The notes beneath the pieces are model-generated. The model saw only the letters and a list, made by a program, of their open reading frames with translations, made no database searches and was not told the DNA's origin. DNA of 64,000 nt, from the NCBI GenBank assembly GCA_964187785.1, contig OZ076409.1, positions 24,554,001 to 24,618,000 on the forward strand, written 5' to 3'. Each line of letters opens with the position of its first letter. Position 1 is the first letter of the stretch. Made by a program: the position numbers and the translations under genes. Positions 29,401 through 37,284 of this stretch are shown in pieces. The stretch comes from Amphiscolops sp. MND2022. Taxonomy: Eukaryota.

Positions 29401-30964
29401 AAATTCAAACTTGATAGAGATTGTTTAAAAAAATTGCACTGCATTTTGGTTGTCTGGTTCAAAGCTTCACAGACAAAAAATATTGACAAAAATGATATCA
29501 CAGTAGTTCAGAAAGTCTTCAGAAATTTCTGTCTGAATGCCGCTAAATTTGCTTATAAAACGGAATTTTGGACACACTGATAATCTTTTCTTGAATTTTT
29601 GGCTTTATCTAGAGTAGAGTAGTCGGGTAAATTGAAGATATTAATTGTGAATATATTGTTATCAATTTGTATGTGATATCTTGTGATTCAATCTATTTTT
29701 TGGATGAACGACTTGAGTTTGTTTCAGCCCGCCTTTTGTGGGCAGTGATCCAATGAAAACCTACAATATCATCCTCAAAGGGATAGACGCAATCACGTTT
29801 CCCCGTCGCATTACCAAGACAGCTTCAAACCTCATTAGAAGACTATGTCGAGATGTGCCTTCAGAAAGATTGGGTGCTCAGAAACATGGACTGAGAGACA
29901 TTAGGAAGCACAAGTGAGTCTTCCTTAGTTCTGGCGGGATTTAGTTGCAAGATCTTACAAGACAATGTATTATTGTGCCCAGGGTTTTGACATCGCTAAT
30001 TTCTTCCGCTAATCGCTAAACCGCTAATTTGAAAATCGCTATTTCGCTGAAAAGCTTTTTCTACAAACTATTAAATGTTTAGCTTCAACTATGTTTCAAA
30101 TTAACTTCTTCGGTTTTTGGAAGAGAAAAGACTAGAATTTTTTATACTGTGTGTGTTTTACAAGGGTAAGAGTTGGAATTTTTCCGAAATTCATTTTGAA
30201 ACACCGTTTATACATGGAAGAAATTTTGAATTTGGAGGGTCTGTCAGTTACCGCTAATTTGAATCGCTAATGAAATCGCTGAAAAATTCCTGCGCGGCCG
30301 CTAATTCGCTAAATCGCTGATTAGCGGTGTCAAAACTCTGATTGTGCCAGACTTTTCCGACTTTCGATTCTGGTAGAATAAAACTGAAACTGCGCAAAAA
30401 CTTGCATTCTATGTTTGAACAGAACAACTGCTGTCATCGCTTGCTCAACATTTTCTGTACATGGTCGAAAAATATTTGCTTACCTGAGATTGAACTTTTA
30501 CACGTCCTATGAACATTTTATATTCGGTGGTGGTAGATTTAGTTCGTGTAAGTGTCTAAATTCATAGTTGAACGACTCATAAAATGTGAAAAATTATTAA
30601 AGAAAATTAAAAAATTACAACAAACTCATTCAAGATTGGAATTGCTCGTTTTGAACTCGCTCGAAGTCTCCCTATTCAAATCTTATTGCGAGTATTGAGT
30701 TGGCGATTTACCTTGTTTCAGATGGTTCGAAGGCTTCAATTGGGATGGATTGGTAAACAGAACTTTGAGACCACCAATAATACCCGTGGCAAGTACCCTA
30801 CATTTTGCTTCCGGAAAGTTTCATCGCTAGTTTTCTAAATTTTCCTGAAAGCTTTCATTTTTAAGGTGAATTCTGCCACTGATGTTAGAAATTTCGACAA
30901 GTATGACGAAGATGAAACGCCAATTCCTCCGGATGATTTGACTGGCTGGGACGCCACGTTTTGA
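5200..30964 (+). CDS. PRKG1: cGMP-dependent protein kinase (PKG I-like), 5'-partial, 13 exons: 5200-5422, 5876-6017, 7575-7657, 15700-15771, 16669-16749, 18329-18416, 19099-19250, 19672-19761, 20721-20862, 20948-21108, 29728-29913, 30722-30788, 30866-30964
   Basis: Phase-compatible spliced frame contains CNB-A ([19 protein letters not shown]), CNB-B, kinase motifs [37 protein letters not shown] and AGC tail (NFD...[10 protein letters not shown]). N-terminal exons lie upstream of the window. Confidence 0.95.
5755..5824. repeat. About 39-bp tandem duplication
   Basis: GATTCTACAATGATTGTAATCTGCCTTAACAA twice. Confidence 0.9.
5876..6017 (+). CDS. PRKG1: PKG exon, start of CNB-B
   Basis: ttcag|ACTT...GGCCAG|gttggt; [17 protein letters not shown]...FYIVKKGQ. 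Confidence 0.93.
6175..6646. mobile_element. hAT-like MITE
   Basis: Imperfect TIRs CTGGCTTGTGCGTTT / AAACGCACAGGCCTG; 8-bp TSD GTACCAGA/GTACCAGT; subterminal CGTG repeats. Confidence 0.7.
7575..7657 (+). CDS. PRKG1: PKG exon, CNB-B up to FGE
   Basis: tttcag|TGC...ACAGG|gtgagt; [28 protein letters not shown]. Confidence 0.85.
9755..10600 (+). mobile_element. HINE with doubled 5' head plus a second truncated copy
   Basis: TTTTAGTCGGCGC at about 9756 and 9810; 3' ends GCGCCGACTTTAGACGTTC at about 10278 and 10574. Confidence 0.8.
11516..12002 (-). mobile_element. Diverged HINE copy
   Basis: AGCCGGGAACGGCCCAAGTTGGCGCC at left, CCGACTAAAA at right, tRNA-like segment inside. Confidence 0.65.
13110..14070 (+). 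mobile_element. 5'-truncated CR1/L2-like LINE remnant
   Basis: [17 protein letters not shown]...YQRKMIRLI...NVLSLTQLY resembles the post-RT region of CR1/L2 ORF2; frameshift near 13500-13550; 3' boundary approximate. Confidence 0.65.
14348..15368. mobile_element. Possible older MITE hosting the 14417-14938 element
   Basis: AGGGGTGTAAA / TTTACACCCCT inverted ends; no TSD recognisable. Confidence 0.4.
14417..14938. mobile_element. hAT-like MITE
   Basis: TIR CTGGGGTGTGG/CCACACCCCAG; perfect 8-bp TSD TTTATAAC; subterminal ACCGTA repeats. Confidence 0.88.
15700..15771 (+). CDS. PRKG1: PKG exon, end of CNB-B cassette
   Basis: tttcag|AGGC...CAAGA|gtaagt; [24 protein letters not shown]; phases fit both neighbours. 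Confidence 0.8.
16669..16749 (+). CDS. PRKG1: PKG exon, CNB-B C-helix/linker
   Basis: tttcag|GTCT...GTCAG|gtacag; [26 protein letters not shown]; phases fit. Confidence 0.72.
18329..18416 (+). CDS. PRKG1: PKG exon, glycine-rich loop
   Basis: [29 protein letters not shown] with AG/GT boundaries. Confidence 0.95.
19099..19250 (+). CDS. PRKG1: PKG exon, kinase subdomains II-IV
   Basis: [28 protein letters not shown]...FIVR. Confidence 0.95.
19672..19761 (+). CDS. PRKG1: PKG exon, kinase hinge
   Basis: [30 protein letters not shown]. Confidence 0.95.
20721..20862 (+). CDS. PRKG1: PKG exon, catalytic loop
   Basis: [12 protein letters not shown]...[15 protein letters not shown]. Confidence 0.96.
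20948..21108 (+). CDS. PRKG1: PKG exon, DFG and activation loop
   Basis: [44 protein letters not shown]. Confidence 0.96.
22385..24160 (+). mobile_element. Cluster of HINE copies (22385-22800, about 22850-23490, 23492-24050, end fragment to 24160)
   Basis: Repeated 5' AGTCGGCGC heads and 3' GCCGGTCCCGGCTTGTT ends. Confidence 0.8.
27373..28134. mobile_element. hAT-like MITE
   Basis: TIR CAGTGATGTCCCTTTTTA/TAAAAAGGGACATCACTG; perfect TSD ATTTGGAT; AAAGGA subterminal repeats. Confidence 0.92.
29728..29913 (+). CDS. PRKG1: PKG exon, kinase C-lobe
   Basis: [28 protein letters not shown]...PSERLG...DIRKHK. Confidence 0.96.
29980..30340. mobile_element. hAT-like MITE
   Basis: TIR CAGGGTTTTGACATCGCTAA/TTAGCGGTGTCAAAACTCTG; perfect TSD ATTGTGCC; CGCTAA repeats. 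Confidence 0.92.
30722..30788 (+). CDS. PRKG1: PKG exon, AGC tail part 1 (probable GC donor)
   Basis: [22 protein letters not shown] followed by GCAAGT. Confidence 0.88.
30866..30964 (+). CDS. PRKG1: PKG terminal coding exon
   Basis: [35 protein letters not shown]. Confidence 0.93.
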   Translation: MNSATDVRNFDKYDEDETPIPPDDLTGWDATF

Positions 30965-31449
30965 AAAACTATCTAAACTGTTGCCTACTTGCTGCATTAT
31001 GGGGCCCCTTGGGAACCCGCTGTGTTAACTATCTTTAAACGTATTGCAATAAGTAATCATTCGTGGTGATGGAAAATTTACCGAGAACTTTCATCTCTGA
31101 TTAATGCAATTTGAATTTAACTATCAATGTGTAATGTTTTAAGAGTAAGTTCTCAGGCTTTTGATATCTTCAGTTTGGGACGCAATCAATCAATGTTCAT
31201 ACTTTTTTCCGCAGTTCCGTGCATTATTCTACTATGAATGTAAAGTTTTCCTAAAGCTGCAACCATTTGAATCATTATTGTTCTATTTTTCTACAGAATG
31301 CCTAGTAATGTTTGATGTTTTGCCGGATTTAGTTTTAGTTTAAAACCGATCAGTTTCAGAGTAATTAAATGTTATAGTGGAAACTGTTTTCCATTAACTT
31401 GTTTGCGTTCGAATTTATGGAGACCTCAAATCCTTGCAATTTGAATTAT

Positions 31450-32350
31450 TAAATTGTTTATTACTTTTTTGCACCATTTTCTTGCCTATTTCCTGAGTGC
31501 ACGCAATATGATGAAAGAAACTTTGAAGAAAGCGGCGAAAATACCTTACCGAATAAAGTTTTTCATTATTCATCTCTGGCTTCAATTGGCTCCGCATCGA
31601 TTTGGAAAACGTAAAATCAACTGAAGCGTGTAATGAAGAGCACCTGCTATAACTTTCGTGATTTTTATATTTCCATCGCAAAGAAAACTCATTTAAAATG
31701 TTGTCCGATTCAGAAACTTTCGTTAAGAAAATCATGAGATTTGCACGCTCTAGAGAAATTTTGGTTGAATATTTTTTACCAACAATCATTGAAACGTTTT
31801 TTGTTTTTCTTTGTCTCCTCGAAAGTTTATTTTGGCATTCTAACTTGAAAGCATATACGAGTTGTCGGCTTTGACGTTTTCTTTTTTGCCAAAAATTTGG
31901 TCCAACAATAGTCGAGCTTGCTCGAAGTGCAATCATCCATGTGTTTTAATATTTCAACTAACAAATCTGAAGCTCTCTATTCAAGGGGGATTGAAATTCG
32001 GCTGAACTTTTTTCTTTGCTGGTAAAAAAAGGTATGGTTGAATGGTTTTTATAGAGATAATGACACCTTTCTTTACTGATTATCCCTTGAGATTTTAAAT
32101 AAAACCACGACAAAATGAAATCGGGATAGCGGAATTAGGTACACGTCTAACCTTTGATTTTTGATTCCATGCTGGTTATAGTCGCATAACAAAATTATTC
32201 TCATTTTTCACTGCTCCAATCATGCTCAATTGTTCGCTGATACAGGTATCTATCTACCTATTTCGCTATCATATTATGGTACCAAAACAGCTAATATTGC
32301 TGGTGAAAACTTTGAAAGCACTTGATTTCTTTGCATACACTTTTGACAAA
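31450..32350 (-). mobile_element. Highly decayed LINE-like remnant
   Basis: Broken frames loosely similar to the C-terminal part of the 13124-13685 remnant. Confidence 0.3.
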
Positions 32351-34030
32351 ACTTTAAAATGCAAAGATCTCAGATTTTGATCGGAATTACAACATGTTTT
32401 CGTTTGAAATCGAATCAAAATCGAAAAGTAATATCACGTTGTAATTAAAGGAATTCCGAAGTTCTACGAATTTTCTCTACGCAATATCTCGAAAATATTG
32501 GTCAATCAAAAAAGTCGTCAAAACAAAAACAGTCCGGAAACTTCTCTAACTTCTATATCCCACTCTTTCTAGGGAGGTTTTCTTGAAAATTGAACAGTTA
32601 AAAACACTTGTAAAACCGTAACAGTTTTACCGAATAAATTTTGTGACTTTGCGATGTTATTTTAATGTTTTTTCGAAAAGTGTTAGAATCAGAAGTTTTA
32701 GAATAGAATTAAAAGACCAAATATTGCACTTGAGACTTCTTAGTTTGATCGATTTATCATTTTTAGCTTTAGTTTCAAGCTTTGATTTTTTAGCGACTAG
32801 TGTCTTGAGCTTCTTGGTACCTGAGTTGAAGTAAAACTGGATTGCATACGTTATTTACGCAACTGTCTACCTGGTTCCCCCGTTCCCTAAGGAGCGTATT
32901 CGTAGAGGACAACCAACACGTCTTTCATTTCGGACAACAGTTTTAACTGCATTCGTAATTCGTCTTCGGAAATATTTGTGTATAGAATTATTGCTTCATG
33001 AAGCGTCATTAATTCTATTGAAGGCTTCAGAAATGAACGTTTAAGTTCAATATCAATTTTGGGATGAATATTTGAGCGCGCTCGGTTCCTATAAGCGAAA
33101 ATCAAATCGCAAAATGCAATACAATAATAATGAAGGTTTTCTGCAAGTACGTCTTTTTTCGAAGTTTAAAGGTGTTTTTCAAGTCGTAGAACACAGTCCT
33201 CTGGGAGCAAAAAAATTTCAAACATGGTTTCAAACTGACCTGGTTAGAAGAGAAATCTTGTTCCGCAATAGGAAGTTAACTTCTATTGGAATAGTTTTTC
33301 GTCTGAACAAAACATTTTGACTCACTTTGACTGATTATGTCCGTATTCACTTCTTTTTGTGACTCAAAACAGGAGGCTGTTGATTTTTTTAATCAAGAAT
33401 GCGTGACTTCTTGATAGGCAAAAATGATGTGAACAAAGTTTGTGTTTGGATTCTAAACTGCCACCTTGAAATTAAATTTGGGTCTTTTCTGTTTCCCAGC
33501 GCTTTTAACACTCTCCCACACACAAAACATTTTTCACACATTTTGACTGATTAGGTTCGAATTAACTGTTTTTTGTGACTCAAAATAGAAAGCCGTTGTT
33601 AATTTCTTCATCAAGAATGCGTGATTTCATAGGCAAAAATAGTGTGAACAAAGTTTATCTCAATTCCAAATTGTTACCCCTGGAAATAAATTTAAATTTG
33701 AAGGTTTCTGGTTTGTATTCAAGTTTCTTGTGCTATAAGATTTTCACTGATTGCCCGAAAAATTTTTTGAGGGGGGGGGGGAGGGGAGGGTCAGAAAAGA
33801 GTCAAAAAGTGTGCAGAAGTGCGGTGCCTGTGTAAGATTTTTCAAGTTCATCTTGGTTTGTTAGCACATTTTGAGCATACATCGCTTGCACGAAACTTGT
33901 ATCAGACTTGTTCCGAATTGTCAGAAGCGTCTGAACTCAAGGGTCGCAAACTATCGGAGCTTTGAAAAGGCGGAATTGATATCCCTTGGGTTCAAGTAAA
34001 GAGCCTTTTGTACCAATTGTACTAGTATAG

Positions 34031-34433
34031 GGCTCTTTTCTGTTCCCCCCCCCCACCACCAAAATTTTTGGAAGTAAATTTCTTTGAAACCTTCAGACTA
34101 GCCTAATTAAAAGTAAAACCTTCTTTCATAATGGGAAGTTAACGTCTATTGGAATAGTGGTTTGCTTTAACAAAACATTGTTCACGCTTTTTGACTATAA
34201 TTGTGTTCGTATTGAGTGTTTATTGATGACTCAAAACAGGAAGCTGTTGATTTCTTCATCAAAAACGCGTAAATACATAGGGAAAAAATGTGAACAAAAT
34301 TTGTATCTGAATCCTAAACTGCTACATTAAGTTACTGTTACATTTCTGGTTTGTATTCAAGTCTCTTTGTTATACGATTTTCACTAATTTTCCAAAAAAA
34401 AATTGGTGGTGGGGTGGAAAACAGAAAAGAGCC
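34031..34433. mobile_element. MITE with GG termini and 8-bp TSD (Merlin- or Mutator-like)
   Basis: About 40-bp TIRs GGCTCTTTTCTGTT...AACAGAAAAGAGCC; TSD TAGTATAG; related degenerate copies at about 33240-33803 and an end fragment near 6440-6479. Confidence 0.8.
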
Positions 34434-34581
34434 TAGTATAGTTTTGGTAATTGAAAACCAGTCGATTACATTGTCATTCGAATAAAAATAACAACCGATG
34501 ACTCATTACAAGCTTTTTTGATTTCACAATCACTTGTGAATTTTCTCTTTTGATCGTTCACGCTGCATGATGTGAAGTTGC

Positions 34582-34809
34582 ATGGAAATAGACGATGAAG
34601 AACAGGCCTTGATCATCAAACACTTCGTTGGCAGCCTTCTTATCGGCTCCTCCCTCGTTCTCCTCTTCGTATCCTTGCGTCTTATTGGCTGTTACCGGAA
34701 GCTTCGACAGGCCCTCAACCAAATGAACTCCCCCTCAGGAACAAATGCCCCCAAACATTTTGTTGACCGAGTGGATAGTACGAAGTGCAAACGCTGCAAT
34801 GGTTGGTAG
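34582..34809 (+). CDS. Candidate 75-aa single-pass membrane microprotein
   Basis: ATG-initiated ORF, more GC-rich than flanks: acidic N-terminus, hydrophobic FVGSLLIGSSLVLLFVSLRLIG, basic RKLR, C-terminal CxxC. Confidence 0.4.
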   Translation: MEIDDEEQALIIKHFVGSLLIGSSLVLLFVSLRLIGCYRKLRQALNQMNSPSGTNAPKHFVDRVDSTKCKRCNGW

Positions 34810-35350
34810 AGCTCATAACATTGTGTTTCGCTCAACTTCCTTTTTTTCTATCACATTGAAATGAGCAGTTCGCATGTCTTAATTTGTGTGTTATGGTTTA
34901 TTATGCTGTGAAATATTGCAGTATGTCGAATGAAGCTTATTTCATTTAGGAACTGGGTTGAGAGCCCGAAACAAAATGTCAAAACTAAAGAGGGGGCCCG
35001 AAAAACGTCCTTTCCGAAGTTAAAACTGGGAAAAAACCCTTTAATGTCAAGATCTGCCAACCAAATTAAAAAATAATTTCCAACCGGGTTCGAGCCGATC
35101 ACCTTCTGCTTACACTCCGCTTGCTAACCACTGAGCCAAGTGGCACCGTGAACAACATCTGTTCAAAAAGTGGACCATTCATTGAAAGGTCTGTGGTCTG
35201 TCAAATAAAGGAAAACCTAAGAAGGAACCCTTTTTTAGAAAGTTTTTTAAACGAATGTCGCACAGTGCCAAAAACCCAAAGTGTGACCCTTTGTACTTTT
35301 TACTCGGCGCTTTTCGAAGAAAAACGCAGGCTATAGCAGTGACTTTTCTA

Positions 35351-35750
35351 GGCTTTTTTCTGTTTTTCCCCCCACCATCAAAAGTTTTTGGGCGAAATTT
35401 ACGAAAATTTTCAAAATGGCCCAATTAAAAATGAAATATTTTTCCATAACAAAGTACACTTCTATTATAAGAGTTTTTTGTTTGAACAAAACATTTCTCA
35501 CACGTTCTGACTGTGATTACCTTCGAATTGATTTTTTTGTGAGTCACAAAACTGGAAGTTGTTGAGCTTTTAATGGAGAATGCGCGACTTCATAGGGAGA
35601 AAAGTGTGAACAAAGTCTATATCCCAAACTGTCAATCTGGAAGTACATTTAACTTTGAAGATTTTCGGTTTCAGTTTCAAGGCTATTCATGATAATATTT
35701 GCACTATTTTTTCAAAAAAAATGGCGGTGGGGGGGAAACAGAAAAGAATC
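35351..35750. mobile_element. Second copy of the GG-terminal MITE; Gypsy inserted at its last 4 bp
   Basis: Same TIRs and interior as 34031-34433; TSD CTTTTCTA (35343-35350) / CTTTTCTT (40808-40815). Confidence 0.78.
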
Positions 35751-37248
35751 TGTGGGGTCGAATAACAAAAAGACAACTGATTCGAATGAAGGTTAAATTA
35801 ATAATGAATAGATGATAAGAAATCAGCTCTATTTATACCAAATCATTGTCCCAAAGGGCAGGATTACATTCTAAACGGTACTATTGAACCTTTCCTTTGG
35901 GACGGTGACCGTTCTTTTTGGCCGTTCCTTTTGGACGGTACCTTTCCTTTTGGCTGTTCCTTTTAGACGGTACCTTTCCTTTTGGCCGGTTCCTTTTGGA
36001 CCATTCCACTGCTTATGGGGAAGCATTTTCCGATATCAGTGAAGCTAAGTAATCGGTGTCGGTTACAGTTAGTCGCAACCGAAGCATCAAATTAGCAAGT
36101 GTTGTCTGCTTGGCCAGGTCCATCACCTTTTTCGCAAAAACCTTACTCTTTTCCGCAATGTTGACCTCGGGATGTCCATTATTTGCGCCACTAACCACGG
36201 ACAGTGAACCAACACTGCAGCATAAGTAGCTCGGGTTATGTAATTTGGCTTGTCGTTTGCTTCAATCTGATCGTACTTCAAACCAGCGAAACGTCCCATG
36301 GCTCGGCACATATTGTTGATCTCAAAACCTGTCATGCCACTCCTTCGTGAAATAACCCAATTACCAAATTTGGCTCCTGGAGGCACTTTTTTGGCTAAAC
36401 CTTCACCTTGAAAGGGAAGGTTGATGTCATCAATCTCCGGCGTAATGTCACGGATTTGATCGTCGACCTCGTTGACATCGTCTAATTTGCTTATCTGCGA
36501 TGTGGACAGGCTGGCCAGCTTATTCAGCGGTACCAGGTTGTTGTGCCACTCGTTAGCTGGGGGTCGTGCCAATTCTTTGGCTGCCGAGGACCGTTCTTGC
36601 CATCCCTTTTCTTCTGCGGCCTTTTGGGTGGTGGTTCTTCATCGGTCTCGGACGAACTGCTGCTCGAATCTGAAGAGCTGGATAAGTGGTGTTCACGCTG
36701 TTTCTGTGGTGTTGGATTGCGGGGAAGTGTTCTAGGTGCAGGATTGCTAACAATTTGCTCGTTGTCCACTGACACTTGAGCGAACAACTCAATTGACTGT
36801 GTAATAGCAACCATTCCATTCTGCGGCGTAATAGACATCAATGTCAAATTGGCGTGGTTTGGTAACATCCCTCCGAGCTGCATTTTGATGGTTTGTAGAG
36901 TTGCAGAAGGGACATTTCGTCTGAGCTGATTTCCATTTCTGCCGACCGTTTGGTGCTGTTTTTTGAAGAGAAGTGATTCTAAGGGTTGAAAACGATCCTT
37001 TGTGTCGTTTGAAGTGTGGTCACGTTTCTGACTTCTGGTGACTTCTGAAATGACTCATATGAGTCATCATACTACTACGTCATTACGTAATCATGATAAG
37101 TCGCCTCAACGCATTGTTGCCCATCAATCTAACGGCTTGAAATATACGTTTAATATAATGTTTCATTCAGAAAAAAGTAATAAAGCATAGGTGACTAAAA
37201 TTGGAATCGAAATATTTTTTTTCCGATATCCAGTGTGGATAGGTTACA
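35751..37248 (-). repeat. 3' LTR, split by an insertion (LTR parts 35751-36037 and 37219-37248)
   Basis: Matches the 5' LTR up to TTTTCCGATATC and resumes at 37231 with CAGTGTGGATAGGTTACA. Confidence 0.9.
36038..37218 (-). other. 1.18-kb foreign insertion in the 3' LTR with overlapping orphan ORFs (36524-36883, 36123-36572, 36013-36198)
   Basis: Absent from the 5' LTR; flanked by duplicated TTTTCCGATATC (36026-36037, 37219-37230); coding-like composition. Confidence 0.85.
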
Positions 37249-37260
37249 GAGGTCCCCCAT
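37249..37260 (-). promoter_or_regulatory. Polypurine tract region
   Basis: ATGGGGGACCTC immediately before TGTAAC of the 3' LTR. Confidence 0.7.
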
Positions 37261-37284
37261 AAAATAACGGAGTGTTGACATATA

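Noticed and set aside
35740..35750. Palindromic Gypsy target AGAAAAG-AATC-CTTTTCT
   Set aside because: Explained by the MITE TIR end abutting its own TSD; a single site cannot show a preference.
36570..36642. Programmed -1 frameshift between the cassette ORFs
   Set aside because: No in-frame X XXY YYZ heptamer found; mutational frameshift is more likely.
36123..36883. env-like third ORF of the Gypsy element
   Set aside because: It lies inside the 3' LTR beyond the PPT, is absent from the 5' LTR, and has no signal peptide or TM segment.
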